A stretch of 64,000 nt of DNA from Eledone cirrhosa. Taxonomy: Eukaryota. The translations under genes were made by a program, and so were the position numbers. The stretch lies in the NCBI GenBank assembly GCA_964016885.1, contig OZ024742.1:378262001-378326000 (forward strand), in the 5' to 3' direction. Below are positions 23,011 to 35,515 of this stretch, piece by piece; positions within the stretch are counted from its first letter, which is position 1; every line of letters starts with the position of its first letter. The notes under the pieces are model-generated. The model had not been told where the DNA came from and did no database searches. It saw nothing but the letters and a program-made list of their open reading frames with translations.

Positions 23011-25131
23011 TTACCGTACTTTTCGTAGAGGAGGGATGGTTTTTACATCCCATTTCACTTGATCGTCTGGTGAAGGGACCGTTGAATCGTCCCTTCGGCT
23101 GGTCGTCGGCTCTGCTAAGAGAATGTCTGAATATACTCTTCGATTGATAGTTCCTCCTAGGTCCCTGAAATCACCAACTGCGTTGGGGAATTTCGTTTTA
23201 ATGTTTGTGTATTGTTTCTGTGCTATTTTTAGCAGTCTTATGTTAGTTGGCGTTTTGATTGGTGCTGGTATTGTGTTGTGAAATGTCTGTGTGTTCAATT
23301 ATGTAAGTCTCTTGTTGTGTGTATTTATTGCTGTGCATTTGTTTTTCTGGGGGTGGGGTGTGGTTCTGCTATTTTCTTGTCGTTGTTGCTGGGTGTGTGT
23401 GTTTTGTTGTTGTGTTTGCGATGTTGGTGCTTGTGGTGGTGGTGTTGAAGGTGTTGTTGGCGGTGGGGTTGTCGCCGGTGGTGATGGTGGTACTAGTGTG
23501 GGTGGTGATGGTGTTGGTGGTGTTGCTGCTGCGGGTCTCTTTGCAGTAGACTTTACCCTTTTCTCATTTCTTTCCTCCCTTTTCAAAGGCGACGATGCGC
23601 TGCTTCTGCGTTTGTGCCTTCTTACGACCTTTTGCCATCCCTCTCCCACCTCACACTCCATGTCTGATTCTGTGAGGTCGGGGAGGGGTACCAGCTCCAC
23701 TCTTTCACTTGTTGTTGTTGGTGATGTTTGCACTGGAGTCTCTGTTGCAGCTGCATTTGGTATTGCTGTTGTTGTTGTTAATATTTCCACTGCTGCTGCT
23801 GTTTTTGATTTCCGTGGCGTGGGTATGGATGCCACGGACCTCTCGGTCCTGGTTGCCGCTTGTCCTGTTGCTGGTAGCCGTGGAGTCGGTTTCGGAAGGA
23901 GGGGGGTTTTCTCCTTTCTCAGGGTCTTCTCGTTGCAGAAGGCTCTGAGGTGAGTCTTCGATCCACAGCGAAAGCATTTCGGGCGTTTTCCCTCAACACT
24001 TATGGGCAGTTGAGTGCCGTTATCGAAGTCTATCACATCCGGGATAGCTTCGATGCACTCCTGGTTGGTTTGGATTAGCATCTCAATGGAGGCGCCGACC
24101 CAATCTTCTCTTACTTTTTTCTGTACTTGCAGTACAGTTGTTTTGTCCTCGATTCCGACGAGGACAGACGCGGCCAGCCAAGAAGGGGCCATTCCGGGGG
24201 GGACGTGGGTCAGTTTCACCCTCACAATTTTTTGCCCGCAGTAGGAGGGCACCAACACCATTTCCTCGCTCCTTAGAGTCACTACGGATTGAGCCTTTGC
24301 CTCCTGGGGTGTGGCAAAAAGTACGTCTACGGTGGCATATTTTTTGCCTCGGGTGATGTGCGTTTTCCGCTGCCACACAGACCCCAAGGCTTTTTGTATT
24401 TGAGCCTCTGTGGCTCTTTCAACCCTACGGGATTTTGTACTTATTGTACGGTACGTGACCGTACAGTGCTGTTGGGTTTCGAAAAAATTTTCCGCTGCCT
24501 TGCAGATTGCTCGGTGTCCGGTCTTTGTCACCATCTTCTTCGCTTCCTCTAATTCCTCATTTGTTATGAGGATTGTTTCCAAGTTTTTCGCGATACCTGC
24601 AAATGAGATTGGTTTTTCTTTGCTGCTGTTGTTGTTGTTGTCGTCAGAGCTGCTGTTACTTTTGTTGTTGCTGCAGGTACTACGACTACTGCCTCCGCCG
24701 CTGTTGCTGTGGTTGTTGTTGGTGTTGCTGCTGCTGCTAATGCTGTTGTTGTTTATGCTGCTGGAGATGCTGTTGCGGCTGCTACTGTTGTTTTCATTGT
24801 CGCTGTTGCTGTTGTTATTACGGCTGCTACTGCTATTATTCCTGACGTCAGACGAATGAACTGGGTTTTCGTATTTCCCGCACACCTGTTTCGTCGCTGT
24901 CGTCGTGGAGAAACCTTGCACGCTTTGCACGAGACTTTTCTTTTCTTTCGTCGCTTGCGAAAGAGAAGGGAGGGAGATAGACACATTTAAAGAAGGGAGG
25001 GAGAGAGACAATCTTCTCTCTGCTGTAGTGACGATTGAGGAAGAAGAAGACGGAATGGGTGGGAGTGACCTATGCAAATTCTTTTTCGTAGCCATGTTGT
25101 TTTTTTTGTTTAAAATAAATATTGGGTACAA
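23011..25131 (-). pseudogene. T3 ORF1 beta (Ser/Asn tract, RRM-like region, CCHC, Pro/Thr tract); one internal stop at 23299 from compensating indels
   Basis: 610-aa ORF plus same-frame 23011-23298; likely start MATKK at about 25095 by comparison with 46374. Confidence 0.85.
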
Positions 25132-25336
25132 AACCCAATAAGCAGTTATTTAACCCCGAAGGGCCAAATAACGGGCAGAAAGATCCCTCTCACGAGGAGG
25201 AGGGTGTTTTTGTCTACAAGTTGGTCTAAGTTTTAAACAATTTACAATTGTTATAGCGTTCAAAATTTACAGTACCTTACAGAGCCGAGCCTCCGTCAAC
25301 CATAGCATTCAATAATAATAATAATAATAATAATAA

Positions 25337-26973
25337 CCACTGTGGAGCAGTTCAGTGATGACATTAAAATGGAGTTTGGACTAGATAAATGCGCCAAAGC
25401 AACGTTCACCAGAGGAAAGCTGCTGAAAATGTCAGACATTAATCTTGATCGAGGGAACGTGATAAGAGAACTTGATCAAGAGGAAACTTACAAATATCTA
25501 GCTGTTTGTGAAGGAGACGGAATCAAGCACTCGACAATGAGGGAAAGGATAAGGAAGGAATGTTACCGCAAAGTAAGAGCAATCTTAAGAACGGAATTGA
25601 ATGCAAGGAATAGGATCGATGCCATAAACACGCTTGCCATACCAGTAGTAACCTACAGTTACAATGTCATCAACTGGTCAAGCACGGAGATCCGTAGGCT
25701 CGATACAAAAATTCGAAAATTCTTTACCATGCACAGAATGCATCACCCTAAAGCAGATACAGATAGAATATATCTCCCTAGGAAAGAAGGAGGACGTGGG
25801 TTAATCCAGTTAGACATTGCGTTGAAAACTGCAACAATTGGATTATCTACATATCTAAGGGAATCACATGATTGGATGATCAAACTCGTTTTGAAACACG
25901 AAAGCATCAGAAGATCATACTCCATTACAAAAGATGCACAAAGATACAGTAATGGACTACACATTTCAGAAGTCCCATTTACTGCTAAAATGGAAAACAC
26001 AGAAAAAGCAAAGCAGGTAAAAGTAACTGCAAAGAAAGAACTGCTACAGAAACTGGCTAAGAAATAGCAAGAAAAGCCTCTGTATGGAAAATACCCAGAA
26101 CGCGCTAACAATCCTGATGTTGACAAAACTTTAACCCATCAGTGGTTGGCATCCTCTGGACTGAAATCGGAGACTGAAGGACTGATTATATCAGCACAAG
26201 ATCAGTGTCTGCCAACAAAAAATTACCAAGCCAACATAATAAAAAATGGATGCAGCCCATTATGCCGTGTATGTAAAAAAACAACCAGAGACCATTGACC
26301 ATATAATTTCAATGTGCAGTCCTATAGCTCCAACCGAATACCTAAACAGGCATGACAGAGCTGCACAATACATACATTGGATAATGTGTAAGCATTTTGA
26401 CCTGCCCCATCAAAAGAATTGGTGGGAGCATCAACCACCACCCATACTTGAAAAAGATCACATCTCAATCTTGTGGAACTTTAGCATCCAAACAGACCGA
26501 AAAATAGATGCAAATAGACCTGATATAATATTGTAGGACTTTAAAAAGAGGGTATGCCTGCTAATTGATATGTCCGTTCCAATAGACAAGAACGTATCTA
26601 TAAAAACATTTGAAAAATTGAGCAAGTATAAGGACCTGGAGATAGAAATTGGAAAAATGTGGAAATTGAGAACTAAAACAATACCAGTGGTTGTAGGCGC
26701 TCTAGGAATGATACCTAAGGGGTATAATGATTACTTATCGCAAATCCCAGGAAACCCGCGTATAGGAGAAATACAAAAGATAGTACTAATGGGAACTGCC
26801 CATATACTAAGGAAGATTCTGTCAATATAAGTACATCACAAGTCTAAACACTAAAGATGCATGTGTGAGTATGTATGTTCTTTCTTGAACATGGCGGACC
26901 TTGTTGTCTCTTGAGGTCACTGGTTGTGACTTGGTGATAACTCGTATGAACATAAAGCAAGATAAATGCAGCT

Positions 26974-26974
<1 letters not shown>
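25337..26974 (+). mobile_element. 5'-truncated R4-clade element, second family (E1), degenerate
   Basis: FSDDIKMEFGLDKC, YKYL, LPRKEGGRGL, RPD..DMSVP.D..EKLSKYKDL; (TAA)n tail 26975-27020. Confidence 0.9.
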
Positions 26975-27021
<47 letters not shown>

Positions 27022-27022
<1 letters not shown>

Positions 27023-30000
27023 GTGATAATGCCACACAAAAATCACCGGGAGTGACTAAATCACCGGTGGTTATGTAACCATACATTCGCCAAACCTCGA
27101 TAAGAGTGTTTAAATGTCGAACCTAAACAGTTCGAATAACGGTGAAGTGGAGACTAGAATGTCATGTGACAGATTCTCACCCAACAGGTGCTCCCTGGCT
27201 CAGCAGCAGGGACCTGGCTGTCAACCAAATACTGCTGGTGTCGGAGGAAGAAGAAGAAGGAAAGGGACCAGAACCAACTGGACGAAAGAATTGAATAGAA
27301 CTGTTATGCAATGTTACCTGAAGAGTAACCCCAAGGAGAAAGGCTATAGGAAACGGATGCATAACATCTGGAACGAGATTGGTCTATTTAAATTAGATGA
27401 ACAAAATTGGCCGAGCAGGCTCCGGTAATAAGAGCTAATGGGTGGATAAGCGAGCTGGAACTGGAGGAACTGAGCAGAGAGAATGGCTTGGAGATGGCGG
27501 GTGTAGTATGCCAGGCAAACGAGCCAGTGGGAAATAAAGGTGAAGAGGTCGAGAGAACGGAGGAGCCACCCGAAGCAGACAATGATCTGAATGCTGAGAT
27601 AAATAATACCTGGAACAGAGATACGGCCATTGAGGAGATGAATGCTGACGGGCTAGGACAAGATTTGGTTGACATCCTAAACTTAGTGGTAGATGAATTG
27701 AACAATGATAGTGGGAAACCTATGAACCTAAGATTTGTAAATAGGAAAAAGTTAAAAGAAACAACAGCTAAGGTAAACAAAGTCATCCCATACCTTGAGG
27801 CGAGGAGCCTTCACCAGTGCAACAATATCCTCAAAGCAACAGCAAATACGGTGAGGAAATTACTTGGTATAAAAGCGAGAGGAAACAACAGACAAGAAAG
27901 ATCAGAGCCTTGGTGGAAGAAACGACTGAGTGGTCAAATCAGGGAAATGAGAAATGACATTGGAAAGCTTGAGTCCCTACTGAATGGGACACTAAAAATA
28001 GACGTGAAATAAAGTACAAAACTAGGAGGAAAAAGCTAAATACTATCATACAGGAACTGAAGCAACGCATTGTAGCAAAGAGTGCAAAAATCAGGCGATA
28101 CGAGAACAGAGTCAGTCAGTATAGACAGAACCGCATGTTCGACAACAACCAGAAGATGCTGTTTGGACAGCTTGAAGGGAAAGAAAGAGGCATCGACTTG
28201 ATCCCTGAGGCGGAACAAACTAAAACATTCTGGAGAGGAATATGGGAGTAGGATGTTAAACATAATGACCAGGCAGTGTGGATTGAGACAGTACAGAAGG
28301 AGATTAGTGAACAGGCACACCAACAAACTGATTTGAGTATCACAGTTGAGACTCTTAAGGGGCAGGCCAAAAAACTAACCATCTGGAAATCACCAGGCCC
28401 AGATGGTGTGCAGGGGTATTGGATTAAAAATATAACATCCCTCCACCCGAAACTGACAACCGTGTTCAATGACTGCTTGATGTCAGGGGAGGTACCATAG
28501 TGGTTGACAAAAGGTACCACAGTTCTGATAATGAAGGACCGAATCAAGGGTAATGATGTTACCAACTATAGACCTATCACATGTCTGTCCGTAATGTGGA
28601 AACTGTTGACAAGCATTATGTCTGAGGAAATCTACCATCACCTCCACACAAACAACTTGTTACCGGACGAACAGAAAGGATGCCGAAAGAAGTCACGTGG
28701 TACAAAGGACCAGTTACTTATTGATAAGATGGTAATGAGGAATTGCAAGAGGAGACACACTGGTCTTGCCATGGGATGGATAGACTACAAAAAGGCATTT
28801 GAAATGGTGACTCATTCTTGGATCACCAAAAGCCTGGAGATCTTCAAGTTGGCAGATAACATCAGACAGTTGTTGGGCAAAAGTATGAAGTCCTGGGAAA
28901 CAGAGCTAACATCAACTGGAGAATCCTTGGGAAGCGTGAAGATCAAGAGAGCTATCTTCCAGGGAGATAGTCTGTCCCCTCTGTTGTTTGTACTTGCCCT
29001 GATGCCCCTGACCAGTGTACTGCGAAAAGTGAGAGCAGGATACAGGTTGGGAAAGGGGTGGGTGGGCTTACCATCAATCACCTCCTCTTCATGGACGATC
29101 TTAAGCTCTTCGGGAAGAGTGAGAAGGAGTTGGATGTGCCTGTTGACACTGTCCGTATTTTCAGCAATGATATATGTATGCAATTTGGTATTAGTAAGTG
29201 TGGAGTCCTTGTGATGAAGAGGGGGTAAATTGAGCAGAAGTAACGGAATCCAGGTACCAACAGGTGAGATGATAAAGGAAATTGACACTGAAGAAGGATA
29301 CAAGTATTTGGGTGTTCTGGAGGCTGATGACATCAAGAACAAAAAAATGAAGGAATTGATAAGAACTGAATACATTCGGAGAGTAAGGAGCGTATTAAAG
29401 TCACATCTGAACAGGAGGAATGCCATAAGTGCAGTAAATTCCAGAGCTGTGTCTATTATTAGGTACAGTGCGGGAATTCTGAGATGGAATGTTGCTGAAC
29501 AAAAAGAAATGGATAGGAAGACTAGGAAGCTATTGACTATCTACAATATGTTCCACAAGAGGAGTGATGTCGATAGATTCTACGTAAGGAGATCTGAGGG
29601 TGGAAGAGGTCTTATCAGCATAGAGGACTGTGTTCAGATGGAGAAAAACAACCTACACAAATACGTGACTGATAGTAAGGAGCCAATGCTCAGAACTGTA
29701 CTGAAGGAGGGGACAATAGACCAGGGGATGTCCAAGGAGGAAATAACATCAAGGAGAAAGAGCAGCCTTCAGGAAAATTCCCTTCATAGTACCTTCTTTG
29801 AGAAAACTGAATTTAGAGATCCACAGACATGGAACTGGTTGAAAAGAGGAGACCTTAAAAAGGCTACAGAAGGAATGTTAATGGCTGCGCAGGAGCAGGC
29901 TCTCAAAACGAAGTGCTTGAAACACCACATTTACAAGGAGGAGGCTAGCCCACCGTGCAGGATCTGTGGAGAGAGAGAGGTGACTGTGGCTCACATTGTA

Positions 30001-30604
30001 TCCGAGTATAAACACCTAGCCCAGACTCACTATAAGGGCTGGAGACATGATGTGATGGGCAGGGTAATCCACTGGCACCTATGCAAAGTAAACAATTAAC
30101 CACATTCTGAGAAGTGGTATGAGCATAAGCCAGAGTCGGTGATAGAAAACGATCAGGTGAAGGTGCTGTGGGATTTTAGGATACAGACGGACAAGAAACT
30201 GGAACACAATAGACCTGACCTGGTGGTTTTGGACAAAGGAAAAAGATCGTGCCTGATTGTGGATGTGGCCTGCCCATTCGACACGAGAGTGCAAGAGAAG
30301 GAGAGGGAGAAAATTAACCGATACCAGGACTTAAAGTGGGAGGTAAAAAGGATTTGGAACTGCCATGAAGTCAAAGTGATCCCGATTGTCATAGGCGCAC
30401 TAGGGACTATCTCAAAAAGTTTCCAGGGATGGTTATAGAAAATTGGCCCTTTCACGCTTTTTGGAACGCTTCAAAAGGCATGCTTGCTGGGAACAGCAAG
30501 AACCCTCCGATACGTCCTGAATATCTGAGGCTGCAGGTAGTGGCTTGATATTCATTTCAACAAACTTTCCAGTTAACTAACATCAATGACTGAGACTCAA
30601 AGAG
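27022..30604 (+). mobile_element. R4/Dong copy D3 (subfamily b), lacks most of the 5' UTR, multiple stops and frameshifts
   Basis: Begins CGTGATAATGCC directly after (AAT)n; ORF pieces 27114-30528; 3' UTR like D2. Confidence 0.92.
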
Positions 30605-30629
30605 TAATAACAATAATAATAATAACAAT

Positions 30630-33600
30630 AAGGGAAGAAGACGCACGAGGTGACGGAGGTCATGAAATCGCTCCCGTAAGTTTTGAATTTTTAACATATT
30701 TAAATCATTTGTGAAATAACAACTCTTAGTACAAATGCTACGTAAAGCACCCGGCTTGAGCCCCCAAAAAATTCGGACCCAAAATATATTGTTATAAGGC
30801 TCAAATATTCAAATATTCAACTTTGTATTGTACACTGTATATCCAAAAAAAAATGGCTATAAATGGAAGAAGAAGAACCCCCCCCCCCTCCTCTCCTCTG
30901 GCTACACTATATAGGACAGCTAAACTCACCAACACCAGAAACTAGATACACCACCCACCCCATCATCTGTGTACACTAAACACAACAGCATTTTCACCTT
31001 CACCGCCACCGCTCACTACGGCCATCATTACCACCACTATCCCATCACCGCCGCCACCACCCCTTGACTCCTTCACTGCTGCTGCCACCGCTACAGCACC
31101 ATCACTACAGTAATACGGCTCAAATATTCAAATATTCAACTTTGTATTGTACACTGTATATCCAAAAAAAAATAAAATGGCTATAAATGGAAGAAGAAGA
31201 ACCCCCCCCCCCCTCCTCTCCTCTGGCTACACTATATAGGACAGCGAAACTCACCAACACCAGAAACTAGATACACCACCCACCCCATCATCTGTGTACA
31301 CTAAACACAACAGCATTTTCACCTTCACCGCCACCGCTCACTACGGCCATCATTACCACCACTATCCCATCACCGCCGCCACCACCCCCTGACTCCTTCA
31401 CTGCTGCTGCCACCGCTACAGCACCATCACTACAGTAATACGGTCGCATCACCGCCACCACTGCCTCGGTATCGACATCACCACCACCACTGTCTCAGTA
31501 TCGCCAACGCCGCCAGTCTCTGCTGGCTACCACTTCCACATTATAGAATTCCTACTACTAACAAAGAGGAAGGCATCAAAATATATAGATAGACTCAAAA
31601 GAAAAAAGAAAAAACAAACAACAAAAGCAGCACAGCAACAACAGTAAAAAACGAGAAAAACAGAGAAAAACAAAAACAAAAAAAGAAACCCCAAAAACGT
31701 AAAGAAAATAAGAATGAAGAGAGAAGCAGGCGGACGGACAGAGAAGAGGGGGGAAAAAGTAAAACTTAAAAAACAAAAACTAAGTCAGACATTCGAATAC
31801 TACATTACAATGAAACTTATGCTTATTCATTTTTGGGGCCCTTTCTGCCCGTGTGTTTGTTTGTTTATGTGTGTCCGTATACAGCGTGGTGATAATGCCA
31901 CACAAGGGCCAAGTGGGATGGCGGATCCACAGATGGCTATGTAAACATACATTCGCCAATCCTCGATAAGAGTGTTTAAATATCGAACATAAACAGTTGG
32001 AATAACGGTGAAATGGAGACTAGAACGTCATGTGACAGACTCTCACCCAACAGGTGCCCCCTGGCTCAGCAGCAGGAACCTGACTGTCAACCAAATACTG
32101 CTGATGTTGGAGGAAGAAGAAGAAGGAAAGGGGCCAGAACCAACTGGACGAAAGAATTAAATAGAACTGTTATGCAATGCTACCTGAAAAGTAACCCCAA
32201 GGAGAGGGGCTACAGGAGACGGATGCATAACATCTGGAACGAGATTGGTTTATTTAAATTAGATGAACAAAAATTGGCCGGGCAGGCTCGGGTAATAAGA
32301 ACTAATGGGTGGATAAGCGAGCTGGAACTGGAGGAACTGAGCAGAGAGAATGGCTTGGAGATGGCGGGTGTAGTATGCCAGACAAGCGAGCCGGCGGGAA
32401 ATGAAGGTGAGGAGGTCCTGAGAACGGAGGAACCACCCGAAGCAGACAATGATCTGAATACTGAGATAAATAATACCTGGAACAGAGATACGGCCACTGA
32501 GGAGATGAATGCTGACGGGCTAGGACAAGATTCGGTTGACATCCTAAATTTAGTGGTAGATGAGTTGAACAATGATAGTGGGAGACCTATGAACCTAAGA
32601 TTTGTAGACAGGAAAAAGTTAAAAGAAACAACAGCTAAGGTAAACAAAGTCATCCCATACCTTGAGGCGAGGAGTCTTCACCAGTGCAACAATATCCTCA
32701 AAGCAACAGCAAATACGGTGAGGAAACTACTTGGTATAAAAGCGAGAGGAAACAACAGACAAGAAAGAGCAGAGCCGTGGTGGAAGAAGCGACTGAGTGG
32801 GCAAATCGGGGAAATGAGAAATGACATAGGAAAGCTTGAGTCACTACTGAATGGGACACTAAAAAACATAGGCACTAAAAATAGACTGGAAATAAAATAC
32901 AAAACTAGGAGTAAAAAGCTAAATATTATCATAGAGGAATTGAAGCAACGCATTGTAGCAAAGAGTGCCAAAATCAGGCGATACGAGAACAGAGTCAGTC
33001 AGTATAAACAGAACCGCATGTTCGACAACAACCAGAAGATGCTGTTTGGACAGCTTGAGGGGAAAGAAAGAGGCAACGACTTGATCCCTGGGGCGGAACA
33101 AGCTAAAACATTCTGGAGAGGAATATGGGAGCAGGATGTTAGACACAATGCCCAGGCAGGGTGGATTGAGACAGTACAGAGGGAGATCGGTGAGCAGGCA
33201 CAGCAACAGACTGATTTGAGTATCACAGTTGAAACTCTTAAGGGGCAAGCCAAAAAACTAACCAACTGGAAATCACCAGGCCCAGATGGTGTGCAGGGGT
33301 ATTGGATTAAACATTTAACATCCCTCCACCCGAAGCTGACGGCCATGTTCAATGACTGCTTGGTGTCGGGTGAGGTGCCAGAGTGGTTGACAAAAGGTAC
33401 CACAGTTCTGATAATGAAAGACCGAATCAAGGGTAATGATGTTACCAACTATAGACCTATCACATGTCTGCCCGTAATGTGGAAACTGTTGACGAGCATT
33501 GTGTCTGAGGAAATCTACCATCACCTCCACACAAACAACTTGTTGCCGGACGAACAGAAAGGATGCCGAAAGAAGTCACGTGGTACAAAGGACCAGTTGC

Positions 33601-35479
33601 TTATTGATAAGATGGTAATGGGGAATTGCAGGAGGAGACACACTGATCTTGCCATGGGATGGATAGACTACAGAAAGGCATTTGACATGGTGCCTCATTC
33701 CTGGATCACCAAAAGCCTGGAGATCTTCAGGGTGGCAGATAACATCAGACAGTTGCTGGGCAGGAGTATGGGGTCCTGGGAGACAGAGTTGACATCAACT
33801 GGAGTATCCTTGGGAAGCGTGAAGATCAAGAGAGGTATCTTCCAGGGAGATAGCCTGTCCCCTCTGTTGTTTGTCCTTGCCCTGATGCCCTTGACCATTA
33901 TGCTGCGAAAAGTGAGAGCAGGATACAAGTTGGGAAGGGGAGAGCTTACCATCAATCACCTCCTCTTCATGGACGATCTTAAGCTCTTCGGGAAAAGTGA
34001 GAAGGAGTTGGATGTGCTTGTTGACACTGTCCGTATTTTCAGCAGTGATATATGTATGCAGTTTGGTATTGGTAAATGTGGAGTCATTGTGATGAGGAGG
34101 GGTAGGTTGAGCAGAAGTAACGGGATCCAGATACCAACAGGTGAGATGATAAAGGAAATTGACTCTGAGGAAGGATACAAGTATTTGGGCGTTCTGGAGG
34201 CTGATGGCATAAAGAACAAAAAAATGAAGGAATTGTTAAGAACTGAATACATTCGGAGAGTAAGGAGCGTATTGAAGTCACATCTGAACAGCAGAAATGC
34301 CATAAGCGCAGTAAATTCCCGAGCTGTGTCTATTATTAGGTACAGTGCGGGAATTCTGAGATGGAATGTTGCTGAACAAAAAGAAATGGATAGGAAGACT
34401 AGGAAGCTATTGACTATCTACAACATGTTCCACAAGAGGAGTGATGTCGATAGACTCTACCTAAGGAGATCTGAGGGTGGAAGAGGTCTTATCAGCATAG
34501 AGGACTGTGTTCAGATGGAGAAAAACAACCTATACAAATACGTGACCTATAGTAAGGAGCCAATGCTCAGAGCTGTACTGAAGGAGGGGACAGTAGGCCA
34601 GGGGATACCCAAGGAGGAAATAACATCAAGGAGGAAGAGCAGCCTTAAGGGAAAATCCCTTCATAGTACCTTCTTTGAGAAAACTGAATTTAGAGATCCA
34701 CAGACATGGAACTGGTTGAGAAGAGGAGACCTCAAAAAGGCTACAGAAGGAATGCTAATGGCAGCGCAGGAGCAGGCCCTCAAAACGAAGTGGTTGAAGC
34801 ACCATATCTACAAGGAGGAGGCTAGCCCACTGTGCAGGATCTGTGGAGAAAGAGAGGAGACTGTGGCTCACATTGTGTCCGAGTGTAAACACCTAGCCCA
34901 GACCCACTATAAGGGCTGGATACACGATGTGATGGGCAGGGTGATCCACTGGCACCTGTGCAAAGTAAACAATCTACCACATTCTGAGAAATGGTATGAG
35001 CATAGGCCAGAGGCGGTGATGGAGAACAGTCAGGTGAAGGTGCTGTGGGATTTTAGGATACAGACGGACAAAAAACTGGAACACAATAGACCTGACCTGG
35101 TGGTTGTGGACAAAGAAAAAAGATCGTGCCTGATTGTGGATGTGGCCTGCCCGTTCGACACGAGAGTGCAAGAGAAGGAGAGGGAGAAAATTAACCGATA
35201 CCAGGACCTAAAGTGGGAGGTGAAAAGGATTTGGAACTGCCATGAAGTCAAAGTGATCCCGATTGTCATAGGCGCACTGGGGACTATCTCCAAAGGTTTC
35301 CAGGGATGGTTAAAGAAAGTCGGCCCCTTCACGCTTTTTGGAACGCTTCAAAAGGCATGCTTGCTTGGAACGGCAAGAACCCTCCGATACGTCCTGAATA
35401 TCTGAGGCTGCAGGTAGTGGCTTGATATTCAATCCAACGGACTTTCCAGTTAACCAACATCAATGACTGAGATTCAAGG
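30630..35479 (+). mobile_element. R4/Dong copy D4 (subfamily a), full length, ORF intact
   Basis: Both termini present, (AAT/AAC)n on both sides, ~320-bp tandem duplication in the 5' UTR. Confidence 0.95.
32013..35405 (+). CDS. R4/Dong polyprotein 1130 aa: N-terminal Myb-like region, reverse transcriptase, CCHC finger, PD-(D/E)xK restriction-like endonuclease
   Basis: Uninterrupted ORF; KSPGPDG, YRPITCL, DYRKAFD, QGDSLSP, FMDD, CRICGEREETVAHIVSEC, RPD/VDVACPFD/EKINRY. The Myb-like call is family knowledge, not verified here. Confidence 0.95.
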   Translation: METRTSCDRLSPNRCPLAQQQEPDCQPNTADVGGRRRRKGARTNWTKELNRTVMQCYLKSNPKERGYRRRMHNIWNEIGLFKLDEQKLAGQARVIRTNGWISELELEELSRENGLEMAGVVCQTSEPAGNEGEEVLRTEEPPEADNDLNTEINNTWNRDTATEEMNADGLGQDSVDILNLVVDELNNDSGRPMNLRFVDRKKLKETTAKVNKVIPYLEARSLHQCNNILKATANTVRKLLGIKARGNNRQERAEPWWKKRLSGQIGEMRNDIGKLESLLNGTLKNIGTKNRLEIKYKTRSKKLNIIIEELKQRIVAKSAKIRRYENRVSQYKQNRMFDNNQKMLFGQLEGKERGNDLIPGAEQAKTFWRGIWEQDVRHNAQAGWIETVQREIGEQAQQQTDLSITVETLKGQAKKLTNWKSPGPDGVQGYWIKHLTSLHPKLTAMFNDCLVSGEVPEWLTKGTTVLIMKDRIKGNDVTNYRPITCLPVMWKLLTSIVSEEIYHHLHTNNLLPDEQKGCRKKSRGTKDQLLIDKMVMGNCRRRHTDLAMGWIDYRKAFDMVPHSWITKSLEIFRVADNIRQLLGRSMGSWETELTSTGVSLGSVKIKRGIFQGDSLSPLLFVLALMPLTIMLRKVRAGYKLGRGELTINHLLFMDDLKLFGKSEKELDVLVDTVRIFSSDICMQFGIGKCGVIVMRRGRLSRSNGIQIPTGEMIKEIDSEEGYKYLGVLEADGIKNKKMKELLRTEYIRRVRSVLKSHLNSRNAISAVNSRAVSIIRYSAGILRWNVAEQKEMDRKTRKLLTIYNMFHKRSDVDRLYLRRSEGGRGLISIEDCVQMEKNNLYKYVTYSKEPMLRAVLKEGTVGQGIPKEEITSRRKSSLKGKSLHSTFFEKTEFRDPQTWNWLRRGDLKKATEGMLMAAQEQALKTKWLKHHIYKEEASPLCRICGEREETVAHIVSECKHLAQTHYKGWIHDVMGRVIHWHLCKVNNLPHSEKWYEHRPEAVMENSQVKVLWDFRIQTDKKLEHNRPDLVVVDKEKRSCLIVDVACPFDTRVQEKEREKINRYQDLKWEVKRIWNCHEVKVIPIVIGALGTISKGFQGWLKKVGPFTLFGTLQKACLLGTARTLRYVLNI

Positions 35480-35515
35480 AATAACAATAACAATAATAAT
35501 AACAATAATAATAAT

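Larger units (their letters stand above)
19773..25310 (-). mobile_element. Tx1 copy T3 (ORF1 type beta), both ends present, internal deletion removing YADD
   Basis: ORF1 23011-25131 with CFRCGSKTHLRAFC; APE 21656-22961; RT 20991-21731; C-terminal CCHC 20023-20976; deletion junction near 21055. Confidence 0.93.
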
